Part shown: positions 23,253 through 35,571 of the stretch, piece by piece | How positions within the stretch are numbered: the stretch's first letter is position 1 | Layout: every line of letters starts with the position of its first letter | Source of the DNA: Hyaloraphidium curvatum SAG 235-1 | Taxonomy: Eukaryota; Fungi; Monoblepharomycota | NCBI GenBank assembly: GCA_025558095.1 | Contig: JAIVFI010000032.1 | Span: 186,001-250,000 of the forward strand | Length of the DNA: 64,000 nucleotides | Reading direction: 5' to 3' | Program-made: the position numbers and the translations under genes | Notes under the pieces: model-generated | What the model was told of the DNA's origin: nothing | Databases searched by the model: none | Seen by the model: the letters and a program-made list of their open reading frames with translations, nothing else

Positions 23253-24335
23253 TCACCAGCCGTGCACCCATTCTCGCATGCGAGAGAGCACTCCGCCGCC
23301 TTCGGCGGGCTGGGGAGGCGGCGTGTTGACCACTTGCGGGGGCAGGGTCCGCGTCGGCGTCCCAAAGGACGTGGTCCCGCCGGCCTGCAGCGGGATCCGG
23401 CCCCCGGCGGGCTGCAGCCCCGTCTGCGCGCGGGGTGCCGGCGTCTCGTCCCAATTGCCGCCGCCGGGCATCCGCTCCTCCGCCGGCGCCCCGATCATCT
23501 GCGGCGCCGAAGGCATCGACGCCGCGATCGCGCGCGAGAGCTCGTCGTCCTTTTCCGCGGGCGCCTCCCCGACCCCGACCATGCACTTGCTCTGCCCGAG
23601 TCCCAGCTGCAGCACGGCGCCGTTCCTGCTGAGCGCCTTGTACGCGGAGAACCGGGTGGCGTACTTGATGTACATCCAGTTGCCGTCGGACTCGACGACG
23701 TGGTGGAGGATCTCGCCGTGGTCGCGGAACTGGGCGAGCACCGCGGCCGCGGCCGAGAGCGGGAAGCCAAAGACCACCACGGTCGTGCGTTCCTGGCCCA
23801 GGGCCGTGGCGGCCAGGCCTCCCATCGGGGTCCCGCCGAAAGGAGAGGCCGCCGGCTGTGCGAACACGCCGATCTGCTGCGGCGGAGGGGTCGCCTGCAC
23901 CGCGTAGCCGAAGCGCTGCGCGGTGGCGGATCCCGGCACGACCCCTGCGCGGCCGCGGTCGGGCGTCGCAATGCCGATCTCGTGCACGTCGCGGATCGAC
24001 GTGTTTGGCGGCGCGTCGTCGGCCGGGCCGGTCGCGGCGCGCATGGGCGACGGCCGGTCGAACTCCGAGCCCGCGAATCCCCCCGCGAATCCGCCAAAGG
24101 ACGCGTCCGCGAAGCGCGGCGGAGACGCCGAAAGAACGTTCATTTGCGACATGAGCAGTTGGCCGCCGCCGCCCGCGTCCAGACCGCCCGGGACGGCGAA
24201 CGCGTTCCCGAGGCTCGCCATCGGTTGCCCGCCGTAGGCGCCGGCCTGCGGGCCGGCAGGCGCAGCAGGCGCGGCGCCGAAGCTGCCGGCTCGGACGTTG
24301 CCCCACGCGCCGCCGGATCCGCTGTTCGACAGCAT
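23253..24335 (-). CDS. NUP53: Nucleoporin Nup53/Nup35 (MPPN RRM)
   Basis: TTVVVFGFP...FRDHGEI...NWMYIKY...KALSRNG...MVGV, with a C-terminal amphipathic helix LSRMREWVHGW. Confidence 0.9.
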   Translation of the reverse strand: MLSNSGSGGAWGNVRAGSFGAAPAAPAGPQAGAYGGQPMASLGNAFAVPGGLDAGGGGQLLMSQMNVLSASPPRFADASFGGFAGGFAGSEFDRPSPMRAATGPADDAPPNTSIRDVHEIGIATPDRGRAGVVPGSATAQRFGYAVQATPPPQQIGVFAQPAASPFGGTPMGGLAATALGQERTTVVVFGFPLSAAAAVLAQFRDHGEILHHVVESDGNWMYIKYATRFSAYKALSRNGAVLQLGLGQSKCMVGVGEAPAEKDDELSRAIAASMPSAPQMIGAPAEERMPGGGNWDETPAPRAQTGLQPAGGRIPLQAGGTTSFGTPTRTLPPQVVNTPPPQPAEGGGVLSRMREWVHGW

Positions 24336-24664
24336 CGCGAGGTCTGCAGTCCAAAGGAGCAGATTGGAACGTGCGCGCGGGCAGCGCTTCAAAGCGAAGA
24401 AGCAGCATTATCATTCCATTCTATAGAGCAACATACGTCGGGGTTGTCAGGTATCGATTTTGTACAATGAGCAGATTACTGGGCCTCCACCGCCTCGCCG
24501 TTCACCGGGGAAGGCTTGAGCTCGGCCGCATGAGGCTCCATAGACGCCTCCGTGTCCCTGCTGCCAACGGAGCTGTCACGGCGCTTGCCATGGCGCTTTG
24601 ACCGCGGCACAACGATCACGTTGCCGTTCTCGATCGCGTCGTGGAGGTCCTGAACGTGTGAGGA

Positions 24665-26839
24665 TTAGCCCCTCGAAAGACTAGAGAGCGGTGCCATTCC
24701 TACCGAAATGGACTTGTAGCCTGTCATGGGCGACTTTGCAGCCTGGGGATCCCCGAGGGATTCGAGGTAGGACGGCAGCATGCCCGACGAGGCGAGGATG
24801 AAGCCGAGGAAGACGGGAGAGGGTTGCAGTGGCCGGGTCTTGAACTCGGGGTGGAACTGCGTCGCCACGAAGAACGGGTGGCCTAAAGACAAAGCGTCGT
24901 CAGCCCAAAGCAGCAGCTGCGATGCAAGACATGCACCCACCCTCGAGCTCGACAATCTCCATCCGCTCGTTAGCCTCGTCGTGGCCGACAAACTTCAGAC
25001 CCTTCTCCTCCATCTGGGGCACGAACGCAGTGTTGACCTCATAGCGGTGACGGTGGCGCTCGTGGACGCTGTCGGCACCGCCGTACAGCTTCTTGGAAAC
25101 GCAGTTCCTCCCCGCCTCGGTGAAGATAGTGACCCGGTTGCCTAGCCGCATCGTCCCTCCCTTGATCGTTTTGGAGCCCTCGGGCATGAAGACAATCAGG
25201 CGAGTCCCGCTGTCCGGCGACATTTCCTCCGACACGGCATCTTCGACGAAAACGGGTTGGTTGTCGGACACTTGGCGCCTCCGAAAGCAGGCACTCACCG
25301 CGGATGCCGAGCACGTTGCGGGCAAACTCGATGACTGCGAGCTGAAGGCCGAGGCAGATACCAAGGAAGGGAATGTTGTGCTCCCGAGCCCAGGTGATGG
25401 CCTGAACCATGCCTTCCGTTCCGCGGTCGCCGAAGCCGCCGGGAACGAGAATGCCGTCGGCGGTGCAGACGGATTTCCAAGCGTCGTGGTACTTCACGGG
25501 GTCCTTGATCTTGGTGCCATCTTCCAGGTCCGTGGCCTCCACCCACTGCCGACAACACTCCGTCAGGCATCCGAAGAAGCCTATGTGCGAGAGGCCAGTG
25601 GCTCACCAGGAGATTGAGCTTGCGGTTGCACGAGAGCGACGCGTGCTCCAGCGACTTGAGGACGGAGATGTACGAATCCTGGAGCTCCGTGTACTTGCCG
25701 ACCAGCGCGATCGTGACACTTTCGTGGAGCCGTTCCACGCGCTCCGCCATCTGCTTCCACTTGTTGAAGAGGTTTGCGGTATCCGGGTTGTGTCGGGGCT
25801 CGAGGCGCAGCTTGTTCATCACGATCTGCAGCGCACCCTGCGCTTCCAGCAAGATGGGAACGTGGTACACGCTTGGGCAGTCGTGCACTGCCACGACATT
25901 CTCGGGCGGCACGTGACAGAACATGGAGATCTTCCGCTTGATGGCGTCGTCGAGCTGCTTTGTGCTGCGGCACGCAATCTGTTGCAAGTCGATTAGCCCT
26001 TTCTGCACGCTTGTGAAGGAGACAAAAGCTTACCATGTCCGGGCCCAGGCCGAGACCGCGGAGGTCCCTCACGCTGGCCTGCGTGGGCTTCGTCTTCTGC
26101 TCGCCGACGGCTCCAATGACGGGCACCAGCGAAACATGAATCAGGAAGAAGTTGTCGTGGCCGACACGGAACTGGAACTGGCGCATGGCCTCGATGAAGG
26201 GAGCAGACTCGATGTCCCCGACCGTTCCACCGAGCTGCCAAAGTCGATACGTCGGATCATGACCCCGGTTTCGCAAGGAAAGTAATCCACCTCGACTATG
26301 CAGACATCCGGCGGAAGGCCCGAGGCGTCGACGGGGAGCTTCGAGACCTTCTCCACCCAGTCCTGGATCTCGTTCGTGAGATGAGGCACGACCTGCACCG
26401 TCTTGCCCAGGTAGTCTCCCCTCCTCTGCAGGTTGCTGTAGCCCAGGTCTTTCGGGGCGGACGGCAGCTGCCCACCTCGCGCTCAATAACGCTCCGGTAG
26501 ACCTTCCCCGTCGTGATATTGTTGTGGCGCGTCAGCTGGACGTCCAGGAACCGCTCGTAGTTGCCGAGATCCAGATCCACTTCTCCGCCATCCTCGAGGA
26601 CGAACACCTCGCCTGACCCGGTCCGGTTGAGCGGCATGCCCCCGAGTCGTCGAGGGATCCGGCTCACCGTGATCCAAGGGGCTCAGCGTCCCGGCGTCAA
26701 TGTTCAGGTAAGGATCGATCTTGATCGACGTAACACGAAGGCCCTGCGTCTTGAGGAGCAGGCCCGTCGACGAGGCAATGACGCCCTTCCCAATTCCGGA
26801 TATGACACCGCCCGTCACAAGGATGTACTTGGTCGGCAT
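24665..26839 (-). CDS. URA7: CTP synthase, multi-exon
   Basis: [83 protein letters not shown]. Confidence 0.98.
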
Positions 26840-27038
26840 GGCGCCTCGGCTCTCTCTCGTGGCAAGCGGAGGTTTGGAAGCGTTCTCGCCAAGCATGCTC
26901 TGGAGCTCGCCTCGCCGCCAAAGGGACCTGGCGACGTGGGGCGAGACTGCGGCAAGAGGAGAAAATGGCGGGACGGTTCAACGCGCGGCGCTTGCGGTCC
27001 CCCATCACCTCGAACACCCACACACGCCTGGAATCGCG

Positions 27039-28256
27039 ATGACGCGAAAAGGGACCGCTAAATCGAAGCGGGATGAGCACGTGCCCACGGACTTGGCGGA
27101 GGAAGATGGCGCCGGCTCGTTGCCGCAGCCGTCTCCGACCCGGGACCCGCAAGAGACCCGCGAAACGGGCTCGGACCAGCCGGAGGGCAACACCGCGGAC
27201 CAAGTAGACGATGAGGAGGAGGAGGAGGAGGAGGAGGCAGCACCTGCTGTGGACGAAAAGACGAAGGCGCGCTTGGCGAAGCTTGCGCAGCTCCGGGCCA
27301 AGATCGTGAGGAAGCCGCCCGTTCTCCATTGAATGGCCGTTGATTCTGTTCTGCCTGTGACTGCCATCGGCGTTCCTTGGTTTCGTGGGATACAGGACGA
27401 ATCTGCGAAGGCAAACAGGCAGGACGTCTACGCGGAGCACCAGAAGAAGAAGGAGAATCCGCGGGAGATCTTGCGGGCAGCCCGAAAGCGGGAGCAGGCC
27501 GAGTATTTGCTGGGAAAGAAGGTGTGCATCTGTGTCGCAGCTGCTTTTCCCTTTGTTGAATCAGCTTTCCGTTAGACTGCGGAGGAGGACGGCGTGGACT
27601 TCGAGCGGAAGGAAATGCTCAAATACTCGGCCGAAGACGTGGAGCGGTGGGAGCAAAAGCGGAAGGAAAAGGCCGAGCGTGCGGAGACCGGGTTTACAGG
27701 TTCGTTCGGTCCGGCGAGCAATGCCTTGAAGGGGGACCGACCACCGGATTCCAGACTACGCACAAATCGCCGCCAAGAAGTACAACAAGCAGATCAAGGA
27801 ACTGAAACCGAACATTGCGGTTTACGAGGAGCAGAAAAGTCTGGCTGCTGTCGCCTCGTCCATCTCTTCCAACAGGGACGAGTCGGATTTCTACCGGGAT
27901 GCCAACTCCATGTCGTACGCGAGCCTGGACAACCGTCCAGATGCGGAGGCGGTGGATCGACTGGTGAACACCGTCAACGATCAGTAGGTTATCGCGGCGT
28001 CGCGTGCGATCGCGCCTGACTTTTGTGAAGGATCGCTTCCCGCGCGAAGTTCTCGCGGCGTCGGCTGCAGCGCGAGGACGACGACATCTCGTACATCAAC
28101 GAGCGGAACATGCGCTTCAACAAGAAGATTGCTCGCGCCTTTGACAAGTATGGACCAAAGCTAGAAAGCCCGTCTCGGCGCATCTCACCCTCTCCGCCCC
28201 GCAGGTACACCGGTGATATCAAGGCCAGCTTCGAAAGGGGCACAGCACTGGACTGA
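27039..28256 (+). CDS. SYF2: Pre-mRNA splicing factor SYF2
   Basis: ANRQDVYAEH, YSAEDVERW, FYRDANS, DDISYINERNMRFNKKIARAFD|KYT..IKASFERGTAL. Confidence 0.95.
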
Positions 28257-28374
28257 TCATGCATTGAATAAATTGATAGATGTCACATTATTGGTCTGAA
28301 GGCCCGTCATCGACTCAGCAGACGGTCTCGTCTGGCGTCGGTACGTCCACACGCTGAAGCGTCCGTCTTGAAAG

Positions 28375-28758
28375 ATGGTCGGTCCACCAGGGAGCGAGAC
28401 GGCCGCCGTCTGACTTCTTTCCAGTCTGCCCTTTTTCATTTCCAGAGCCTGCTCCTCGTGATCCTGCTGCTCATTTGCACGTGCACCTACGTGCGTTCCC
28501 AGTTCCCGAGTCTCATTGACAGGAACAAGACGGGGTACGTTTTCCGTTCTAGCAACGCGTCAGATCGACTTGACGTATGCCCTATTCTTCTGCCTCAGTT
28601 TCCTGGGTCTCTTCTACAAGTTCGCGAGGATAGGTGGGAGCCAGGGCTCGCTCAGGCCGATGCGACACCGCTCACGGCTATCTTCTCCAGGAGAGCGCCT
28701 TTCTCCATACGTGTCACTTTGCTGCATTGCGATGGGGTTCTCGGTTCTTTGGAAATGA
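28375..28758 (+). CDS. KSH1: Protein kish (TMEM167/Ksh1); first exon is the ATG only
   Basis: M|[24 protein letters not shown]...DRNKTG|[12 protein letters not shown]|[14 protein letters not shown]. Confidence 0.95.
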
Positions 28759-28920
28759 CCCAGCGGACGACGGGAAGAGTGGGCCGCGGAGACTCGTCAA
28801 GCGGACCGGGGCCTGTCGCGGCCCTCGACCACTGGGGCACGCAAGCGACGATGCTGGACACGAGGGGCGCCAGCTGGACCTTTTCGACGGTCTAGTGGTC
28901 GGCTTCGCCGCGCAACGCCT

Positions 28921-30912
28921 TCAAGCTTCGTACCACGCTGCGACCTTCTGGGCCCTCTTCGCCGGCGATGAGCCTTCGACGCAAAGCCACATCTCGGGCG
29001 ACGCCTTCTCGAACAGCGCGCTCTTCTTGGCTAGCTCGACGGCCCGCAAAGCCGCTTCGTTCGCCGGCAGCGCGGGCACTCCGTTTGAGCAGAACTCGTT
29101 CGCGCACGTGGCGAGTTTGCACGGCGTGTTGCTGAGGTTGCTGAAGTATTGTCGGATCACCTGGAACGATGCTTTAGCTGTGGGACGCGACCAATGACCG
29201 TAGCGGAGACCTACTCGTTGGAGAAGCTTCTTGTTTCCGGGATCCACGTTCGGAGAATAGAACGGCGAGAAGCACGAACCGCACAGCTTCAAAACGTTGT
29301 TTGCGGGGGTTTTGTCGCAGTTTACGTTCGCACACAGTGCGAGGGGAGGCCGGCTCGCGCGTTCGATTTGGTGTACCCGCGCGTGCGAAGCAACGTGCAT
29401 GATCTTGACCGCCTGTCCGCACTGGACGCAGGAGATTGTTCGGGATCGGCACACGTCCTCGTGCTCGCTCAGCACGTCCAGTCCGGACCTGACCGTAGGG
29501 CCAGCCCGCACGAAAAGGTGGCAATAGGGGCACGAAATGATCCTCTCCGGGCACTCGGCTGAAGTGTGCCGCGCCACCTCCCGAAGAAACAGCGGCCGTC
29601 CACAGGCGCAGTCGAAGCGCGTATGCATGAGCTCCCGGTGCTTCTTCTCGTCCTCGGAAACGCCGACGAAATCGCAGTCCGAGCAATGCCAGTGATTCGA
29701 AAAGGCCTTAGCCAGCAGAACGGCGCCGCAGCGGTCACATTTCTTGTTGTTGCGGAGGCAAAAGTTCTCGTGCATCGTCAACGTCCGTTCGGGAACGGCT
29801 TGGCCGCAATTGCTGCAGATCTTGCTTCCGGGGGGCAGAGCTTCCGTCGCCGAGGCAGTGCCTGCGGGCTCTGCGGACATGTCGGCACTCGCTGCACCGC
29901 CGCCACTGATGAACGTCGCGCTCAGCTTGTAGGTGATGGATTCGTCTCCGTAGGTGACCACACTGAGCGAGACAGTGTCAGATGGCGGCCCATGAACGTC
30001 GGCAGATCGGATAGTCAGAGCCTTGTCGCCGCGAGACACGTCAAAAGCCGCGTGCCACGTTTTGCTCGGAGCCCTCGAGGATGTCGAAGCGTACAGCTCG
30101 CAATCTCCCCCCGATTGCAGAGACAACTCCACGTCGAGCTGCCAGTCGGACACGGGTGGCAGAGGAATCTCGAAGATGCGCGTTGCGTCCGCGGGTTGGC
30201 TGACCACGAGATCCGCCTCGAAGCGTCCAGTGTCACGGGTAGCAAGCGGCAAGCGCACGACAGCAGAGCTGGCCACGGGCGAAGAAGGAGCTGCGTCGCC
30301 GCCTTCTTCGAGCGGTGCCTCGATGATGAGATCGACGTCGACGTCGATGCAGAGCACGCCGCCTGCGTTACTGGGTCTAACAGACTCCACAATGAAAGGC
30401 AGGCTCTCCTCCTTGCTTCGGGTTATGGCCTTCACAGGAAGCAGCTCCCCGGCCGTCAGCGTCGCAAAATGCCGTCTGATGTGGTCTTCAAGGACAGTCC
30501 GCAGATCCGTCCCGCCGAGTCTCGAGATGCTCTTGGACAGGGGTCGCAGAGTCACTCCTTGAGCCTTCGGAAGCGAAACTCGCGAGATCTGAACCAGATC
30601 TCCGTCCCGGAGGCCCAGAGCGTCCGACATCCACTGGCTCACGCGGCATTCACCGCCGGAGCTGAATGCCCGAACACCTCCGTAGATCTTTCGCCGTCCG
30701 GCAGTGAATGAAAAGGTCAGCACCGGCTGCTTTAGTTCCTGGTCACCAAGTATGCTCTCGAGAACCGAGGGGGGCAGAATGACCCGGTCGCCGCTCAAGG
30801 CCGGATCTAGCATTACGCACAAAGAGGTCGAGAAAGGGGTGAAAGTCTCCTCTGGAACGACGGGACTGCTGCTGCTCTCTCCCATCTCCTCATCGTCCGA
30901 GTCGTAGCTCAT
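28921..30912 (-). CDS. UFD1-domain paralog with TRAF-type zinc fingers
   Basis: GDRVILPPSVLE, LPKAQGVTLRP, VLEDHIRRHFATLTAGE (UFD1 N-domain), followed by repeated CxxC...H...C zinc fingers. The 3' end is uncertain. Confidence 0.85.
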   Translation of the reverse strand: MSYDSDDEEMGESSSSPVVPEETFTPFSTSLCVMLDPALSGDRVILPPSVLESILGDQELKQPVLTFSFTAGRRKIYGGVRAFSSGGECRVSQWMSDALGLRDGDLVQISRVSLPKAQGVTLRPLSKSISRLGGTDLRTVLEDHIRRHFATLTAGELLPVKAITRSKEESLPFIVESVRPSNAGGVLCIDVDVDLIIEAPLEEGGDAAPSSPVASSAVVRLPLATRDTGRFEADLVVSQPADATRIFEIPLPPVSDWQLDVELSLQSGGDCELYASTSSRAPSKTWHAAFDVSRGDKALTIRSADVHGPPSDTVSLSVVTYGDESITYKLSATFISGGGAASADMSAEPAGTASATEALPPGSKICSNCGQAVPERTLTMHENFCLRNNKKCDRCGAVLLAKAFSNHWHCSDCDFVGVSEDEKKHRELMHTRFDCACGRPLFLREVARHTSAECPERIISCPYCHLFVRAGPTVRSGLDVLSEHEDVCRSRTISCVQCGQAVKIMHVASHARVHQIERASRPPLALCANVNCDKTPANNVLKLCGSCFSPFYSPNVDPGNKKLLQRVGLRYGHWSRPTAKASFQVIRQYFSNLSNTPCKLATCANEFCSNGVPALPANEAALRAVELAKKSALFEKASPEMWLCVEGSSPAKRAQKVAAWYEA

Positions 30913-31026
30913 CTTGAAGAGCTGTGGATTCTCAGGAGGAGTGTCTTTGCTAATTCTTTCCCGGCGCTCGGTTGAGGAGCATCTGCTGGAACTTTCTGCC
31001 GCCCCAACCCGCGTTCTCTGGTTCCG

Positions 31027-32008
31027 ATGAGCGCACTAGGGCCACGTTCGGGAACACTGGCACGGCATTTGCCACGATGCGCGGCGGCAGTGGCTCCCAG
31101 GACTCCGGCGGCGGCGATGCCGTGCCCATCCGCCTGCGCCGCACCCGTGCGCCATTTCGCGTCTTCCCCGCGAATCGCGGCCCGGAAGTCGCCGGTCGGA
31201 CCGAGAGTCGACTCGGATGTCGAGGGCCTGACGGGGGATCCGGACAAGGACGGGATGAACATTTACCAGATCGATTTCCTGGAGACCGCGATGTGGACGA
31301 AGGAGCTCCTGCTGAAGATGCAGCATCACGAGCACCTGCTGAAGGGTGCGGCTTACCGAGCTCGAGGGTAGCTCTGGCGCTCATTGGGATCGTGTCTGCA
31401 GGCCTGCAGCAGGATGATGTCCCCGTTGACGACGCTGCCATCCTGACCTTCAAGACGACGAGCGTTTACGACTACGACTACACGAAGCCATCCCCCGAGG
31501 CAGCAAACAAGCGGGTAGAGTGCACATTCCAGGTTTCGAAGCTCGTCGCGATGCAGAAATGGAGTGGGAAGCAGAGGCACAAGCTGCTTCTTCTGTGTGG
31601 GGAGCATTACGACCCGCAGACGGGCACCGTCACGCTTTCGTGCGAAAAGTTCGACGAACGGATATACAACAAGATCTACCTGAGCGACACGGTGGATCGC
31701 CTGATTTCGGAAGTGAGGGTGGGTTCGCCTTGATTGCCTCCAACGGGACTCGGTCTGACTAGCACCTCCTTCAGAAACTCGGGGACCTTTTCGAGGATAT
31801 TCCTTTGGACTTGAGGCACTTGGTGGTGCCGAAGAAGATCGGCACCGGGGCCGGAGCGAAAAAGCTCTCCCTGCCGAAGCTGCCGAAGCCGAAACCGCAG
31901 GTGTGGCAGACGCCGGCTTTCTGGGCTGTGAACCTTCGGACGAAGCGAGAAGCGCGAGAAGCGGAAGAGGCGGGGAGGGCGGACGAGGCGGACAATGTAG
32001 TGGCCTAG
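31027..32008 (+). CDS. RSM24: Mitochondrial small-subunit ribosomal protein mS35
   Basis: Basic presequence; [24 protein letters not shown]....[15 protein letters not shown]|..[12 protein letters not shown]. Confidence 0.85.
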
Positions 32009-35000
32009 CTTTGGCGCAACACGCCTCCGATCGCAGCCTCGACGCGGGATCCCAGTTGGCCCCACAGCGATCCCATCAACCGCCCTCCTCGCACAGCGGC
32101 GGAATCTGGTTTGGCCAGCAAGGCCTCCTCGTCAGAGGCAATGTCCATGGGAACGAAGGATGAAGACGCCGCAGCATCGTCCCCGATGTCGACGACAGGG
32201 GCACTGATGCCCAGCTCCGATGCCACGCAAAAGTCCGGTTTTCGGTACCGCTTCAGCAGCAACGAGCTCATGACAACGCTGACCGAGCTCATTGCCATCG
32301 CGGCACCTGCCGCCATGGGCGGCAAGGTAATGTTCAGCGGGATCAAGAAACCCATGGCAAGGGGGACCATGACCACATTGTAGATGAAAGAGAAGAGAAA
32401 ATTGAGCTTGATCCTGCGGAAAATGGAACGGGAGAGGTGGAGTGCGGTGGGCACGTCCATGAGATTGTCCTTGACCAGCACGATCTGGGCGGCCTCCATG
32501 GTGACGTCCGTTCCGGCGCCGACAGCGATCCCGACGTTGGCCTTGCTGATGGCCACCGAATCGTTGACGCCGTCCCCGACAAAAGCGACGTGGTAGCCGC
32601 TGGCCTGCATGGCATCCACAATGTCCGCCTTTGCGGCCGGCGTGACCTCGGCATGGACCTCGTCGATGCCGCACTCGCGTGCCACGACCTCGGCCGTCCT
32701 CCGAGCGTCGCCAGTGACCATGGCCACCTGCAGACCCAGCGACCGCAACGCGCTCACGGCGGCCTTGGCCTCGGGCTTGAGCGTATCGGCGAGCACCACC
32801 ATCCCGTACAGCTCGCCGTCGACGAGCGCCCAGACGACGGTGTGGCCGCTCGCGTTGCGCGCATCCGATTCGGTCTGCAGATGTGACGGGAGCTCCCCGA
32901 ACCCCTTCTGGCGCAGCAGTCGCAGGTTGCCGACGGCGACGGACCGCACACTTCGGTCCAGCTCGATCGTGGCAGACACACCCGCACCCGGCACGGCGGT
33001 GAAGTCGACCACGCGTCCCTGGAAACCGGATCTGGCGATCGAACGTAGCGCGTGCGCTGCAATGGCGCGACCAAGAGGGTGCTCGCTGTTGCTTTCGGCC
33101 AACCCGACAAGCTGGTAGAAGTTGTCCAAGCTGTGGCCTGGGGATGCCGGCTTGCCCTCCCCGTGCACAAGTTGCGTGGCGACAACGTCGAGCTTCCCCT
33201 TGGTCAGAGTGCCCGTCTTGTCGAACAGAATCTTGTTCACCCTGCCGGCCATCTCCAAGGGGGCACCACCCTTGATGAGGATGCCCATTTGCGCGCCGAC
33301 GCCCGTTCCGACCATGACGGCAGTCGGGGTGGCCAAGCCCAACGTGCACGGGCAAGCGACGACAATGACCGAGATTCCAAGCTGGAGTGCGATCGCAAAG
33401 AGGCTTTCGCGCTCGGGGAAATGGCTGCGCACGCCGGGGACGCAGACAAGGAGAATCTCAAGGAAGATGGTCAGTCGAAAAGCGGAGCGACCGAAAGGAA
33501 CCACACACCGTCCAGACGACGAACGTTACAAAGCCCAGCAAAACGATGATGGGTACGAAAATCGCCGCCACGCGATCGGCAATGTCCTGGATGGGAGCCC
33601 GGCTCGTCTGCGCCTCGTCGACGAGCCGCACGATCTGGGACAGCGCCGTCTCCCCACCGACCTTGATCGCCCTGACGTGCACGGTGCCCGACTGGTTCAG
33701 CGTGCCGCCGATGACGGCGTCGTTGGCGTGCTTCGAGACCGGCCGCGCTTCCCCCGACAGGAGCGATTCGTCGGCGGTCGTCTCTCCCCACTCGACGAGG
33801 CCGTCGACCGGGAACTTTTCGCCCGGCATGACCTTGAGCAGGTCACCGCGCTGCACCAGCTCCACGGGTATCCGGCGCTCGCCAATCACGACGCCATCGC
33901 GGGTATTGAGAAGGGTTGCAAAGGTAGGCCCCAGCGTGAGCAGGCTGGACAAGGCAGTTGTTGTTCGTCCCTTGGCAACGTTTTCGAGGTACCTTGAAGG
34001 AGGCGAGTGTGGTTTAAAGACGGCACGGTCTCGGCCATCAGAAGCTCTCACCTCCCGAGGACGATAAACGTTATCAGCGAGGCTGGCGTTTCCCAGAAAG
34101 TAACGGCCTCGGCCTGACCCCCAGTGAACACGCTGACGAGCATGCTGCCGAGGCTGTACAGGTACGCCGTCGACGTGCCCAGCACCACGAGCACGTCCAT
34201 GGTCGCGATGCCGTGCCGCAGCCCCTTCCAGCTGGAAGCGTAGAACCGCCGGCCGACGCCAAACTGCACCGGGGTCGAGAGCACGAAGCCGATCAGGTCC
34301 ATCCGGGAGAGGCCCGGGATGACGTCCATCATGAGCCACATGTGGCACACCGGAAGCTGCGGCAGGAGCATGTTGATGAACATGAGCGGGATCGTGAAGG
34401 CCGAGGCAAAGATCAGGGCGTCCCTCCAGGAACGGATCTCCTTGATCCGCTGGAGCGACTCCATCTGGGCATTGGTCTGGATTCCTTCCGGGCTGATGAC
34501 CAGGAGGTTGAAGCCCAGGGCGTCGACCGCGTCCACCAGGGCACGGGCACCCGTGACGTTCGAGTCGAACGTGACGGCCACCCTGCCGTCCTTGTCCACG
34601 CTGCAGGTCTGCACGCCGGCCGCCGACGAGAGCGTGCTGTTCACGAGATTCAGGTCCTTGGGCGACTTGGCGCCGTAAACGCGGAAGTCGACTCCGACAA
34701 CCGCCTGGGCGCGGGGTCCGCCGTCGGTGGAGGCCCGGATTCCCTTGTAGGGGTCCGTGGAGGCAAGAAGGGTGGCTTCGAACCCGAGGGAGTTGATAAC
34801 GTCCGCAATGGCGGTGCTGTCAATGGCAGCGGGCTCGAACCTGACCTCGGCCTGCGCAGTGTCAGCCTTCAAATGGGTACCGGCCTCGGAGAGTCGCCCA
34901 CCTTCTCGGCCAGCAGGGCCACCTTTGCGTCCTTGACACCGGGCAGCCTCGCCAGCTTCCGTGTGATGCTGTTGACGCACGATGCGCAGGTCATGCCCTC

Positions 35001-35459
35001 GACCCGGAGGTAGACGGTCTGGCACAGCCCGGCCGGAGAAAGGCCGGGGCTCGGGGGCGGCGGCTCCCCTCCAGCGGGATCGGAGGCCACGGCGGCCACC
35101 GGAATGTCCTCGTCCGACACCGTGTCCAGCGTTTGCCGCCGGGCCCTGGTGGCGACGGCCAGCTCGCCGTTGTCCCGCATGTCGACGACCAGCTCGGCGC
35201 CCGGGTCCGGCGGTAGCCCCAGTGCCGGGCCGTCCTCCACGACGGCCGCATCGAAGCCGCAGTCCTCCAGGGCCGCCCTGATGCGGGCTGCGTCGACGGC
35301 GCCCTCGGCGTAGTCGACCGCGGCCTCGTTGCGTGCCAACGACACCTCGAAGCCGGCGACGCCTTGGCCGAGGTCCTCCAGCGCCAGGCTGCACGCCTGC
35401 ACGCACGAGTGGCACACCATGCCGTCGATGGCGACGACGGCGCGCCGCAGCCCGGCCAT
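32005..35459 (-). CDS. CCC2: Copper-transporting P1B-type ATPase
   Basis: HMA motifs GMVCHSC and GMTCASC; [60 protein letters not shown]. Confidence 0.97.
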
Positions 35460-35571
35460 CGCGCTCGCCGGGGGCAGTGCTGTGCTCACCTCGTGCTGCT
35501 TCCGATCACTCGCGGCACCGGCAGGGAGAGCACCGCCGCACCCGCGGACCCCAACAGACCGCATCGCCGCG

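Noticed and set aside
27212-27237. (GAG)n run
   Set aside because: Ordinary poly-Glu tract within SYF2.
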